Shown: positions 18,548 through 29,737, counted from the stretch's first letter. The stretch is DNA of 64,000 nucleotides from Hyalangium minutum (GCF_000737315.1 NZ_JMCB01000001.1:868001-932000); one strand, 5' to 3'. Notes: generated by a model from the sequence alone, not told the origin. Program-made: numbers and translations.

Positions 18548-20524
18548 CTAACGGCCCCCTCGGCCATGTTCCCGGACATAGTCCCGGGCGGCGGTGGCGC
18601 CGTCGCCGCGCGGATCGAGCTCCAGGAAGCGCGCGTAATACTCCAGCGCCTCCTCCGTGTTGCCCAGCGCCGCGGAGACCTCGCCCAAGCGGCGGAAGCA
18701 CTTCGCGGACTTCGGGTCATGCGCCAGGCACTGCCAGAACAGCTCCTTGGCCTTCTGGAGCTTGCCCCGGCTCAACTGCTTCACCCCCGCCTTGTACTTC
18801 GCGGCGGCAGTCTCGGCAGAGGGCTTGTCCGCGGCGGTGATCCGGAGGCCCGATGGGGGCGAGGCTGAGGACTTGGGCTGGGCCGTGGCCTTCTTCGTCG
18901 CAACCGCGACACGGGAGTCCTCGGGTTGCTCCTGTGGAGGAGCCTTGGCCTCCTCTGGCTCCGACTCCGGATCGGGAATGGCCGGCTCCTGAGTGGCCGA
19001 CTCCAACTCCTCGAGCTCGGCCTCCACCTTCCCCCGGAGCGTGCCCGCGGCGAACGAGCGCTCCCAGGACTTCTTCCCCAGCAGGACCAGTTCCATCGTG
19101 TGCGGCGCGTCTGGCTTGACGTCCTCCAGCACCAGCGGCGTCACGCCCCGGAACTGTCCATCGATGCGCACCTGCGCCCCAGGCGGCTCGGAGTGGATCT
19201 CCAGGGTCCCGGGCCCGCGCAGCACCCAGAACAGGCCTCCCGCCATCACCGCCGCGAGCGCCGCCACGCCCAGGCTCCACAAGGGACTCCTGCGTGACGT
19301 GCTGGGCTCGATCTGCGCGGGTGCCACCTCTTCCGTGGCGTCACTGGAAGCCTCTCCCGCGCCTGCCGCCCGGAAAACCTGCGTGGGGAGGGCCTCCGGC
19401 TGGGTGTCCCACTTCCACGAGTCCGACGCGGGCCGTGCAGGCAGTGCATTCGGCCCCGGCGGGGCCTCCCGCGTCACCGCAGGGAGCTGGTCCGGCGTGG
19501 TCTCCTCGCCTGAAGGGCCCTTCCACAGCCGGACCTGATCGAGGAACTCCTGCGGCAGGACGGGGGCCCGGCCCTGCGCCGCCAGCTCCTGCGTGTAGAG
19601 CCAGCCCATCAGGTGCTTCAGGCTGTTCACGGAGAACAGCGGCGCCCGCGAGGCCATCCACAGGCTGAGCGCCTGCTGCAGCGCCTCGGCGCTCTGGAAG
19701 CGGTCCTCCCTCGAGGTGGCCAGCGCCCGCATGACGATCTGGTTGAGCTGGCCATCCAGGTCAGGGTTGAGCTGGATGGCTGGAGTGATGCCGCCCTGGA
19801 CGATGCGAGCCATCACCTCGAAGTCTTGGCCCTCGAAGGGCAGCCGGCCGCAGAGCATGCGGTAGAGCACCACCCCCACCGCGTACACGTCCGAGCGCGC
19901 ATCCACATCATCCTGCCCCTGCGCCTGCTCCGGCGAGAGGTAGAGGTACTTGCCTTTCACCATGCCCGCCGCGGTGATGGGCCGGCCCGCCAGCTGCGCC
20001 TTGGCGATGCCGAAGTCGGTGATCTTCACCTCGCCGTCGTAGCTGACCAGCACGTTGTCGGGAGACACGTCCCGGTGGACGATCCCCAGCGGGCGGCCCT
20101 GCTCGTCCTTGCGCGTGTGGGCGTAGTGCAGCCCCTTGCACATCTCGAGGGCGATGCTCGCCGCCAGCGCCTGGGGCAGAAACCGGAGCCCCTGCTGCTG
20201 GGCCCGCTTGATGACGCGCGACAGCGGCTGGCCGTCCACCAGCTCCATGGCCAGGTAGTACTCGGCATTCACCTGACCGAAGTCGAAGACTTGGACGATG
20301 TTGCCGTGGCTCAGTCCCACGGAGATGCGCGCCTCATGGATGAACAGCTCCATGAAGGTCGGGTTCTCCGCGTACTCGTCCAGCACGCGCTTGATGACGA
20401 CGGGCTTGGTGATGCCAGGGACGGCCGTGTACCGCGCACGGTAGACGTTGGCCATCCCGCCCACGCCCAGGCGCTCGAGCAGTTCGTACTTGCCGAAGGG
20501 GATGGACTTTTCCTCGGTCGCCAC
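18548..20524 (-). CDS. Membrane Ser/Thr protein kinase with PEGA and C-terminal TPR-like domain
   Basis: LGVGGMANVY, VVIKR, HRDVSPDN, DFGIAK; TM helix; PEGA SEPPGAQVRIDG...TPL; C-terminal helical repeat. Confidence 0.93.
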   Translation of the reverse strand: MATEEKSIPFGKYELLERLGVGGMANVYRARYTAVPGITKPVVIKRVLDEYAENPTFMELFIHEARISVGLSHGNIVQVFDFGQVNAEYYLAMELVDGQPLSRVIKRAQQQGLRFLPQALAASIALEMCKGLHYAHTRKDEQGRPLGIVHRDVSPDNVLVSYDGEVKITDFGIAKAQLAGRPITAAGMVKGKYLYLSPEQAQGQDDVDARSDVYAVGVVLYRMLCGRLPFEGQDFEVMARIVQGGITPAIQLNPDLDGQLNQIVMRALATSREDRFQSAEALQQALSLWMASRAPLFSVNSLKHLMGWLYTQELAAQGRAPVLPQEFLDQVRLWKGPSGEETTPDQLPAVTREAPPGPNALPARPASDSWKWDTQPEALPTQVFRAAGAGEASSDATEEVAPAQIEPSTSRRSPLWSLGVAALAAVMAGGLFWVLRGPGTLEIHSEPPGAQVRIDGQFRGVTPLVLEDVKPDAPHTMELVLLGKKSWERSFAAGTLRGKVEAELEELESATQEPAIPDPESEPEEAKAPPQEQPEDSRVAVATKKATAQPKSSASPPSGLRITAADKPSAETAAAKYKAGVKQLSRGKLQKAKELFWQCLAHDPKSAKCFRRLGEVSAALGNTEEALEYYARFLELDPRGDGATAARDYVREHGRGGR

Positions 20525-20569
20525 GGGGGGGCACCATAGCAGCCAGGGCGCCTGCTCCCCAAAGGGGCG

Positions 20570-21415
20570 TCAGCGCTCGCCCCAGTGGAGCTTCTGCCGG
20601 AGGATGGTGAAGTAGGCCATGTGCGGGTTGCGCACCAGGTTCACCCGGTTGGGCGAGCGCACCACCTCGATGCAGTCCCCACCCTGCAGCGAGTGGCCCG
20701 TCTGTCCGTCCAGGGTGAGGTACGTGTCCGCCGTCTCCTTGCGCAGCGTGACACGGATGGTGCGATCCGCGGGCACCACGATGGAGCGCTGAGTCAGCGC
20801 GTGCGAGCAGATGGGTGACAGGATGGTGCAGTCCACCGAGGGGTGGACGATGGGGCCTCCCGCCGACAGCGAATAGGCCGTGGAGCCCGTGGGCGTGGCC
20901 AGGATCATCCCATCCGCCTTGTAGGTGGTGATGGGAACCCCATCGATGGACGTCTCATGGTCCGAGATGCGGGCCAGCGCGCCCTTGTTGATGACCACGT
21001 CGTTGAGGACCTCGTCCTCCAGGACGGTCTTCCCCTCGCGCACCAGGCGGCAGGTGAGCTTCATGCGCGAGTCCACCTTGAAGCGGCCGGCGAGCACCTC
21101 GTCCAGGGTGGAGAACAGCTCGTCCACGGGGATTTCGGTCATGAAGCCCAGGCTGCCCAGGTTCACCCCGAGGATGGGCACGCCCCGCCCCGCCAGGAGG
21201 CGCGCGGTGTAGATGAGGGTGCCGTCCCCGCCGAGAACGATGACCAGCTCGGCCCGCTGGGCCAGTTCCCGGTCCTCCACGCGGGGCCAGCCCAAGGAAT
21301 GGGACAGGTAGCGCTCCGCGAGCACGGTGAGATGCGGGTAGCGCTCGCGAATCCGCGCCGCCAGCGCTACGGCTTCCTGCTTGTCCCTCTTCGCGACGAT
21401 GGCCAGGGTGTGCAC
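20570..21415 (-). CDS. nadK: NAD(+) kinase
   Basis: LGGDGT, GVNLGSLGF, LNDVVI, ATPTGSTAYSLSAGGP. Confidence 0.97.
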   Translation of the reverse strand: MHTLAIVAKRDKQEAVALAARIRERYPHLTVLAERYLSHSLGWPRVEDRELAQRAELVIVLGGDGTLIYTARLLAGRGVPILGVNLGSLGFMTEIPVDELFSTLDEVLAGRFKVDSRMKLTCRLVREGKTVLEDEVLNDVVINKGALARISDHETSIDGVPITTYKADGMILATPTGSTAYSLSAGGPIVHPSVDCTILSPICSHALTQRSIVVPADRTIRVTLRKETADTYLTLDGQTGHSLQGGDCIEVVRSPNRVNLVRNPHMAYFTILRQKLHWGER

Positions 21416-21489
21416 TGTGGCGGATGGTTCTAGTCCAGGTGGGCAAGTCGCGCTGGAGGAAATGAAGCCAAGCGATAGGTTCCCGGCAT

Positions 21490-22815
21490 ATGGACCTCTT
21501 TGAACATGCCGGCCAGAAGGAGCAGGCCGAGCAAGCCCCCCTGGCCGAGCGCATGCGCCCCACCACCCTGGCGGAGTTCGTCGGGCAGGAACACCTGACG
21601 GGCGAGGGCCGCTTCCTCCGGCGGGCCATCCAGCAGGATCAGGTGCCCTCGCTCATCCTCTGGGGGCCTCCGGGCACGGGGAAGACGACGCTGGCCCGTG
21701 TCATCGCCCAGTCCACTGGCTCCTCCTTCGAGTCCCTGTCCGCGGTGCTCTCCGGCGTGAAGGACATCCGAGAGACGGTGGCCCGCGCGCAGGACCGCTG
21801 GAAGATGAACCGCCAGCGCACGCTGCTCTTCATCGACGAGATTCACCGCTTCAACAAGAGCCAGCAGGACGCGCTGCTGCCCCACGTGGAGAAGGGCACG
21901 GTGACGCTGATTGGCGCCACCACGGAGAACCCCTCCTTCGAGGTGAACGCGGCGCTCCTGTCCCGCTGTCGCGTCATCACCCTGCGCGGGCTGGAGCAGG
22001 AGGAGCTCGTCATGGTGATGCGCAAGGCCCTGGCCTCTCCCAAGGGGCTGGCGGGGAAGGTCGAGGTAGACGAGGAGGCGCTCCAGTTCATCGCGGACGC
22101 GGCGGGCGGAGACGCGCGCAAGGCGCTCACGGCGCTGGAGGTGGCCGCGGCGTACGGGGGGGCGCGGGTGGACAAGAAGGCCGCGGAGGAGGCGCTCCAG
22201 CAGAAGACGCTCCTCTACGATAAGGGCGGCGAGGAGCACTACAACGTCATCAGCGCCTTCATCAAATCCATGCGCGGCTCGGACGTGGACGCGGCGCTCT
22301 ACTGGATGACCCGGATGTTGGAGTCCGGGGAGGATCCGATCTTCGTGTTCCGCCGCATGGTCATCTTCGCCTCGGAGGACATCGGCAACGCGGACCCCAG
22401 GGCGCTCGGGGTGGCGGTGGACGCGATGCAGGCGTTCCAGCTCATGGGGATGCCGGAGGGGGCGCTGCCGCTCACGCAGGCGGTGACGTACCTGGCGCTG
22501 GCGCCCAAGTCGAACGCGGTCATCACCTCGTACGGGGCGGCGCGGGCGGCGGTGATGCAAGAAGGCTCGCTGCCGGTGCCCATGCACCTGCGCAACGCGC
22601 CCACGAAGCTGATGAAGAACCTGGGGTACGGGGGCGGCTACAAGTACCCCCACAACTTCGAGGGCCACTACGTGCCCGAGGACTACCTGCCCGAGGCGCT
22701 CAAGGCCCGCCGCTTCTACAAGCCCAGCCAGAACGGGCAGGAGAAGGAGCTGTCCGAGCGCTACGAGGCCATCCAGCGCCAGCTGGCGGACCGGGACAAA
22801 GACCGCAAGCCTTAA
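21490..22815 (+). CDS. rarA: Replication-associated recombination protein A (RarA/MgsA AAA+)
   Basis: PLAERMRP, WGPPGTGKTT, FIDEIHRFNKSQQD, GATTENP, SAFIKSMRGSD, ASEDIGNADP. Confidence 0.97.
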   Translation: MDLFEHAGQKEQAEQAPLAERMRPTTLAEFVGQEHLTGEGRFLRRAIQQDQVPSLILWGPPGTGKTTLARVIAQSTGSSFESLSAVLSGVKDIRETVARAQDRWKMNRQRTLLFIDEIHRFNKSQQDALLPHVEKGTVTLIGATTENPSFEVNAALLSRCRVITLRGLEQEELVMVMRKALASPKGLAGKVEVDEEALQFIADAAGGDARKALTALEVAAAYGGARVDKKAAEEALQQKTLLYDKGGEEHYNVISAFIKSMRGSDVDAALYWMTRMLESGEDPIFVFRRMVIFASEDIGNADPRALGVAVDAMQAFQLMGMPEGALPLTQAVTYLALAPKSNAVITSYGAARAAVMQEGSLPVPMHLRNAPTKLMKNLGYGGGYKYPHNFEGHYVPEDYLPEALKARRFYKPSQNGQEKELSERYEAIQRQLADRDKDRKP

Positions 22816-24266
22816 GCCACCTCTAATGGAGAGTCGCTGTCGCTGCCGCCCTTGCGCGTCTTCATGGTGCGGCCAGCCACCTCGTACTGCTTGAGCAGGC
22901 GGCGGAAGTTGGAGCGATCCACCCCGGCGGCCCGCGCGGCGCTGGAGACGTTGTTGTTGTTCTTCTCCAGGAGCGCCGTGAGGTAGCGCCGCTCGAAGGC
23001 GCGCATCGCCAGCCGCTTCGCCTGCGCATACGGCAGGTGCGCCAGGCTGAACACCTCCACCGGCGAGCCCGCCTGCGGAGACTCCTGGAACCCGGGCGGC
23101 AGGTCCTCCACGTCCAGCACGTCATTGGAGGTGAGCACCACCGCGCGCTCGATGACGTTCTCCAGCTCGCGCACGTTGCCCGTCCACCGGTTCACCGTGA
23201 GCGCCTCCATGGCCCGCGGCGTGAACCCCGTCACCTTCTTCGCCAGCTTCGCCGCGTACATCTTCAGGAAGTGGTGCGCCAGGAGCGGCACGTCTTCCGG
23301 TCTGTCCCTCAGCGGCGGCAGATCAATGGTGATGACGTTCAGGCGGTAAAACAGATCCTCGCGGAACTTGCCCTCGGACTTGGCGCGGTTCAGGTCCACG
23401 TGGGTGGCCGCGATGACGCGCACGTCCACCTTCACCGGATCGTTCGCGCCCACGCGCTTCACTTCGCCCTCCTGCAGCACGCGCAGCAGGCGGACCTGGG
23501 TGGCCGGCGGCACGTCGCCGATCTCGTCCAGGAAGATGGTGCCGCCGTCGGCCGCCTCGAAGAGGCCCTTCTTGTTGTTGGTGGCGCCCGTGAACGCCCC
23601 CTTCATGTGGCCGAACAGCTCGCTCTCCAGCAGCGTCTCCGTCAGCGCCGAGCAGTTCACCGCCACGAAGGGCTTGTCCTTGCGCGCGCTGCGGTAGTGG
23701 ATGGCCCGCGCCACCAGCTCCTTACCCGTGCCGCTCTCGCCCTGGATGAGCACCGTGGCCGTCGAGTGGCTCACCGTCTCCACCAGCTTGAACACCGCCC
23801 GCATCTGCGAGGACTGGCCAATCAGGTCCTCGAACTGGCTGCGGACCGTGAGCGCCTCCTCGAGCGCCCGAGTGCGGTCCTTGAGCGCCTTGCGCTCGGC
23901 CGCCTTGCCTACCGTCAGGCTCAAGTCGTCGATGTTCTCGAACGGCTTGGTCAGGTAGTCGTACGCGCCCGCCTTCACGGCCTCCACTGCCGTCTCCACC
24001 GTGGCGTAGGCCGTCATCATGATGACCTCCACGTCCGGCCGCTCGGCCTTGATGGCCTTGAGCAGGTCCATGCCGGACAGGTGGGGCATGTTGATGTCCA
24101 GCACCGCCACATCGATGGAAGGATCCTTCGCGGCCGTCAGTCCCTCGACGGCGTCGTCGATGCCCACCACCGGGTAGCCCTCGCGCTGGAGGATCTGGGT
24201 GACGGCCTTCAGGACGACAGTGTCATCGTCCACCACGAGGATCTTGGCGCGCTTGGGTTGATTCAC
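22812..24266 (-). CDS. hsfA: Sigma-54-dependent response regulator (NtrC family), HsfA-like
   Basis: Receiver with VLD.MP, GESGTGKE, GAFTGA, FLDEIG, C-terminal HTH; GTG start overlapping the kinase stop. The hsfA name rests on recalled M. xanthus gene order (hybrid kinase upstream, GGDEF gene beyond), not on an alignment. Confidence 0.85.
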   Translation of the reverse strand: MNQPKRAKILVVDDDTVVLKAVTQILQREGYPVVGIDDAVEGLTAAKDPSIDVAVLDINMPHLSGMDLLKAIKAERPDVEVIMMTAYATVETAVEAVKAGAYDYLTKPFENIDDLSLTVGKAAERKALKDRTRALEEALTVRSQFEDLIGQSSQMRAVFKLVETVSHSTATVLIQGESGTGKELVARAIHYRSARKDKPFVAVNCSALTETLLESELFGHMKGAFTGATNNKKGLFEAADGGTIFLDEIGDVPPATQVRLLRVLQEGEVKRVGANDPVKVDVRVIAATHVDLNRAKSEGKFREDLFYRLNVITIDLPPLRDRPEDVPLLAHHFLKMYAAKLAKKVTGFTPRAMEALTVNRWTGNVRELENVIERAVVLTSNDVLDVEDLPPGFQESPQAGSPVEVFSLAHLPYAQAKRLAMRAFERRYLTALLEKNNNNVSSAARAAGVDRSNFRRLLKQYEVAGRTMKTRKGGSDSDSPLEVA

Positions 24267-25831
24267 GGCAACCTCTCGAGCTGCAGGGGAATGGGGAGAT
24301 AGACGGTGAAGCGGGAGCCCTGGCCAACCTGGGTGTCGACCTGGAAGACGCCCCCGTGGTCCTGGACGATCCGATACGCGATGGACAGGCCAAGCCCCGT
24401 CCCCTCGCCCGGCGGCTTGGTCGTGAACGAGGGCTCGAAGATGCGCGGCAGGTGCTTCTCTTCGATGCCTGTCCCCGTATCGGAGACGGCGAAGAAGCAC
24501 CGGTCACCCTCTCGCCCCGTGTCCACGCGCAGCTCACCCTCGGCGTCTGGAAGCGCGTACAGCCCGTTCTGCAGCAGATTGAGCACCACCTGCGACAGCT
24601 GCGCCGGATCCCCGAACAGCTTGGGCAAGTCGCGGGAGAGGTTCATCTCCAGCTTCACCTTGGGGTTGGCCTTCAGCTGCGCCTTGAACAGCACCGTCGC
24701 GTCCTCCACACACTTCGACAAGTCGAAGTGCCGCCGATCATCCGGCTTGCTGTGACGGCTGAACTTCAAAAGGCTCTCGACGATGCGCTTGCACCGCAGC
24801 GCGCTCTCCTCGATGAGATCGAGCGACTCCTTGTCCGCCTCCGTGCGCCCGGAGTCCCGCTTCATCAACTGCGCGAAGGCGAGGATGCCTCCCAGCGGGT
24901 TGTTGATCTCGTGCGCCACGCCACCGGCCAGCTGGCCCACCGCCGCCATCTTCTCCGTCTCGATGAGCCGCTTGGTGAGCGAGTGCTCCTCGGTGACGTC
25001 ACGGTAGGTGAGCACCACGCGCTTGTCCCCTGGCATGGGGTAGGCAGCCACCACGTAGGTACGGCCCTTCTGTGTGATCTCCCCGCGCGCGCTCTTGCCC
25101 GTCTCCACCGCGGCCGGCAGCGGGCAGCCCTCGCACGGCGTGTCCCGCCCGAAGAGGTACTGGTAGCAGGTGGCCGCCGAGGCGTTGGCCCCTTCGCCTG
25201 TCGCAGCCACCTTCAAGTAGGCCAGGTTCGCCCGCCGCACCATGTAGTCCGGCTGCATCACCGCCAGCGGATTCTCGATGCAGTCGAACGTCTGCTCCCA
25301 GTCGCGCTTGGCCTGGCTGAGCATCAGCGTGCGCGACTCCACGCGCGCTTCCAGGTCCACGTTGAGCCGCTTGAGCTCCGCGTTCTGCTCCTTCGTCACC
25401 CGCATCAGCCGCTGGTTCTCGGCCACGAGCGCGTACTGCTCGAAGGCGCTCTTCACCGTGAGCACCAGGTGGCTGTCGTTCCACGGCTTGGAGATGAAGC
25501 GGAAGATCTCCGAGCGGTTGATGGCCTCTTCAATCGCCATCTGATCCGCCTGGCCCGTGAGCATGATGCGCTGGGCCAGCGGTACCTGCTCCTTCACCCG
25601 CGTGAGGAAGTCCACGCCGTTCATCCCGGGCATCCGGAAGTCCGAGATGACCACCTGCGGCGAGAACTGCTCCAGCCTCCGCAGGCCCTCCTCGGCATCC
25701 GTAGCGGTCTCGATGTCCCAATCGCCCCGGCGCAACACGCGCCGGATGGACTTGAGGATGTTCTCCTCATCGTCGACCAACAGCAGTCGCCCGCGGGAAC
25801 CCGTCGCCTCCTGTGTATGCGCAAGTCCCAC
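24263..25831 (-). CDS. hsfB: Hybrid histidine kinase (N-terminal receiver, PAS-like, HisKA/HATPase), HsfB-like
   Basis: LLVDDE...ISDFRMPG receiver; H-box AHEINNPL; N-box VVLNLLQN; DTGTGI, GTGLGL. Start approximate; name from recalled synteny. Confidence 0.85.
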   Translation of the reverse strand: MGLAHTQEATGSRGRLLLVDDEENILKSIRRVLRRGDWDIETATDAEEGLRRLEQFSPQVVISDFRMPGMNGVDFLTRVKEQVPLAQRIMLTGQADQMAIEEAINRSEIFRFISKPWNDSHLVLTVKSAFEQYALVAENQRLMRVTKEQNAELKRLNVDLEARVESRTLMLSQAKRDWEQTFDCIENPLAVMQPDYMVRRANLAYLKVAATGEGANASAATCYQYLFGRDTPCEGCPLPAAVETGKSARGEITQKGRTYVVAAYPMPGDKRVVLTYRDVTEEHSLTKRLIETEKMAAVGQLAGGVAHEINNPLGGILAFAQLMKRDSGRTEADKESLDLIEESALRCKRIVESLLKFSRHSKPDDRRHFDLSKCVEDATVLFKAQLKANPKVKLEMNLSRDLPKLFGDPAQLSQVVLNLLQNGLYALPDAEGELRVDTGREGDRCFFAVSDTGTGIEEKHLPRIFEPSFTTKPPGEGTGLGLSIAYRIVQDHGGVFQVDTQVGQGSRFTVYLPIPLQLERLP

Positions 25832-25961
25832 TCGCAGCCCTCGCCTATCTTTCCCCGTCAAACAATTGCAATGCTGTGGCCACAACCCCGGGGGGAAACC
25901 GGTACGCCAACCTGTTGATTCTTCAGTCTTTTCAGAACTGTAACGCCGGACTCAGGGGGTC

Positions 25962-26027
25962 ATTCTATACCCGTGAGGTGACAAAAGGTCAAAAATGACC
26001 CGGGTCAGCACCCAATGACCCGGGTCA
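25962..26027 (-). promoter_or_regulatory. Putative sigma70 promoter of the hybrid kinase operon with tandem TGACCCGGGTCA palindromes upstream
   Basis: Minus strand TTGACC (25992-25987), 17 nt, TATAGA (25969-25964); perfect 12-bp palindromes at 25996-26007 and 26016-26027. Confidence 0.6.
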
Positions 26028-26049
26028 ATTCTCATGAAGCGGGCGAACC

Positions 26050-27006
<957 letters not shown>

Positions 27007-27134
27007 AGTCTCCCCAAAATGAAGGTCGGTGCACCAACGTACCATGGCCTTTCCCTGGGGACGACACCGGCGATTGCGTTGGCCTACTGGCCTCTGCTAC
27101 CCAGCCTCCTCGTCACACTGCCGTGAGGAACTCC

Positions 27135-27926
27135 GTGGCCAACTATCCAAGCATCAGCCTCTTCCTCCCCGCCTGGAACGAGGAGGACTACGTCGAACGC
27201 GCCGTCACGCGCGCCCTGGATGTCCTGCCCCGGCTCACGGATGACTTCGAAATCATCGTCGTCAACGACGCGTCCACCGACCGCACGAAGGAGATCGCCG
27301 AGGGACTGGCGGCGCGCATTCCGCAGCTGCGCGTCATCACCCACGCCACGAACCTGAAGCTGGGCGGGGCGATGCGCACGGGCCTGTCGGCGTCCACCAA
27401 GGACATCGTGGTCTACTCGGACATCGACCTGCCGTGGGACTTGCGGGAGCTGGAGCGGGCGCTGCACCTGATGGACTACCTGGAGGCGGACATGATCTGC
27501 GCCTTCCGGTTCGACCGCACGAGCGAGGGCCCCAAGCGCATCATCTACTCGTTCGTCTACAACCTGCTCATCCGGTCCTTGTTCGACATCAACATCAAGG
27601 ACGTGAACTTCAGCTTCAAGGTCATGCACCGGCGGGTGCTGGAGGCCATCGAGCTGAAGAGCCTGGGCTCGTTCATCGACGCGGAGCTGGTGGTGAAGGC
27701 CATGCGCAAGGGGTTCCGCGTCTTCCAGATGGGCGTGGACTACTTCCCGCGCACCCGCGGCGTGTCCACGCTGGCCTCGCCCTCGGTCATCATGAAGATG
27801 GTGAAGGAGCTGGCCAAGCTCTACCCGGAGACGCGCTCGCCGGAGGCCCCGGTGCAGCCGGTGCGGCTGCCTCCCTCGGTGGCGCCGCTGCACCCCACGA
27901 CGTCCCGGCGCCGTCAGCACGGGTAG
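27135..27926 (+). CDS. Glycosyltransferase family 2, polyprenol-phosphate sugar synthase (DPM1/ArnC/FlmF)-like
   Basis: LPAWNEE, VNDASTD, SDIDL (DxD), late FPRTRG; soluble, 263 aa. Confidence 0.92.
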   Translation: MANYPSISLFLPAWNEEDYVERAVTRALDVLPRLTDDFEIIVVNDASTDRTKEIAEGLAARIPQLRVITHATNLKLGGAMRTGLSASTKDIVVYSDIDLPWDLRELERALHLMDYLEADMICAFRFDRTSEGPKRIIYSFVYNLLIRSLFDINIKDVNFSFKVMHRRVLEAIELKSLGSFIDAELVVKAMRKGFRVFQMGVDYFPRTRGVSTLASPSVIMKMVKELAKLYPETRSPEAPVQPVRLPPSVAPLHPTTSRRRQHG

Positions 27927-27932
27927 GCGGGA

Positions 27933-28778
27933 TTGGCCGTGGGACTCGGCGGCACGCGCCTCATCGTCAACGCCGACGATCTCGGCCTGCACCCCTCGTT
28001 GGATAGCGGCATCCTCCGGGCGCACCGCGAGGGCATCGTCACCAGCGCTACGCTGCTCGTGATGGGGCCCAGCGCGCCCGAGGCGGTGTCCCGGGCCCGC
28101 GCGCAGGGGCTGGCGATCGGCGTGCACCTGGCCCTGTCCACGCGGCTGCCCTGCGCGGCTCCGGCGGCCGAGGTGCCCACGGTGGCGCCGGACGGAAGGC
28201 TGCGCGCGAGCTGGGCGGACTTCGCTCGGGCGTTTCTCACCGGCAAGGTCCGGCGCTCGGAGGTCGCACTCGAGCTGGAGGCGCAGCTGGCCCGGGCCCG
28301 CGCCCTGGGCGCCGAGGTGGACCACCTGGATGCTCACCAGCACCTGCACCTGCTGCCCGGCATCCGTCCGCTGGTGGAGACCCTGGCCAAGCGAGAGGGA
28401 CTGCCTGTGCGCTGGCCGGATCGGCTGCCTCGCCCTTCGTGGCGCCGCGCTCCAGGACCTGCCCTCAAGACGCTGATCCTCACCGCGCTGGCCCGCACAG
28501 CGCCTCGGGCTCCGCTGGGTGTGCGGCGAGTGAGCGCGGGAGGCGTCTTCGAGGCGGGGCGGCTGGATGAGCCCACCCTGCTGGCGCTGGTGGACTCTCT
28601 GCCTGAGGGCGTCTTCGAGGTGGGCTGCCACCCTGGCGAGGGCACTCCGCATGTCCCGGAGGATCCCGCGTGGACCTACGGTTGGCAGGCGGAGCTGGAC
28701 GCGCTCACGAGTTCCCGGGTGAAAGCGCGGCTCCTGGAGCGAGGCATTGTCCTGACCACCTACGGGAGCGTCCGGTAG
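27933..28778 (+). CDS. YdjC/ChbG/HpnK-family carbohydrate deacetylase
   Basis: LIVNADDLG, TSATLLV, GVHLAL, HLDAHQHLH, GCHPG. Confidence 0.93.
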   Translation: MAVGLGGTRLIVNADDLGLHPSLDSGILRAHREGIVTSATLLVMGPSAPEAVSRARAQGLAIGVHLALSTRLPCAAPAAEVPTVAPDGRLRASWADFARAFLTGKVRRSEVALELEAQLARARALGAEVDHLDAHQHLHLLPGIRPLVETLAKREGLPVRWPDRLPRPSWRRAPGPALKTLILTALARTAPRAPLGVRRVSAGGVFEAGRLDEPTLLALVDSLPEGVFEVGCHPGEGTPHVPEDPAWTYGWQAELDALTSSRVKARLLERGIVLTTYGSVR

Positions 28779-28838
28779 CGAGCGCCGCTCTAAGTCCGGG
28801 TTTGACGGGTGGCGAGGCGGCTGCCAAACCGGCGGCGT

Positions 28839-29666
28839 ATGAGCGACCCACTGCCCTCCGCACCTCCGCCCCAGCCCGCCGCTCCCTCGCGTCTGCCGCT
28901 GGTGGCGGGCATTGTCGTCGTCGTGCTCATCGGCCTGGGCACCGCCTGGTTCCTCCTCCGTCCCAGGCCCGAGGAGCCTGCTGCCCCTACCCCGACCGCG
29001 CTCACTCCCACGGCGACGCCTACACCCACCGCCCCGGCCGAGGAGCCGCCGCCCCAGGGACCGCCGCTGCCAGCGCTCGATCAGAGCGATCCCCGCACGC
29101 GCGAGCTGTTGGGCGCCATGTCCTCAGATCCCGAGTTCCAGAAGTGGGCCGCCAACGAAGGCCTCGTCCGGCGCTTCACTGCCGCCAGCTTCAACATCGC
29201 CGAGGGAGAGAGTCCTCGCGCCGTGCTGGTCTTCCTGGCGCCCCAGGGCACCTTCCAGGTCGTCGAGCGCAATGGCCACACTTTCATCGCTCCCGAGAGC
29301 TTCGCCCGCTATGACACCGTGGCGCGCGTCCTCGGCTCGCTGGACACGCAGGCCACCACGCAGGCGTACCGGATGCTCAAGCCGCTTATCAATCAGGCCT
29401 TCAAGGAGATTGGCCCGCCGGGCCAGCGCTTCGACGCTGTGCTCTCACGGGCCATCCAGCGGATGCTCGACACGCCCGTGCCCGAGGGCGACCTGGAGGT
29501 GGTGGACACTCCCGGCGTCAACTACGCCTATGCCGCCCCGGAGCTGGAGCAGCTCAGCGCCGCCCAGAAGCACCTGCTGCGCATGGGGCCCGCCAACGCC
29601 CGAGCCATCCAGGCGAAGCTGCGTGAGCTCCATAAGGCGCTTGGGCTGCCTCCCGCTGGCCGTTGA
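28839..29666 (+). CDS. DUF3014-like membrane-anchored protein
   Basis: TM helix, Pro-rich linker, LPALDQSD, RY, YAYAAPELEQLSAAQKHLLRMGPAN. Confidence 0.85.
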   Translation: MSDPLPSAPPPQPAAPSRLPLVAGIVVVVLIGLGTAWFLLRPRPEEPAAPTPTALTPTATPTPTAPAEEPPPQGPPLPALDQSDPRTRELLGAMSSDPEFQKWAANEGLVRRFTAASFNIAEGESPRAVLVFLAPQGTFQVVERNGHTFIAPESFARYDTVARVLGSLDTQATTQAYRMLKPLINQAFKEIGPPGQRFDAVLSRAIQRMLDTPVPEGDLEVVDTPGVNYAYAAPELEQLSAAQKHLLRMGPANARAIQAKLRELHKALGLPPAGR

Positions 29667-29737
29667 GCTTGCGCGCGGGTCCGGCCGGGGCTCTGTCTTC
29701 GCCTGACGAGGGCCTCTCTTCCTGGTAGAGCTAGACC

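Noticed and set aside
27135-28778. Hopanoid HpnI/HpnK pair
   Set aside because: The GT2 is a short soluble DPM1-like protein rather than the membrane HpnI type, and no other hpn genes are nearby; not fully excluded.
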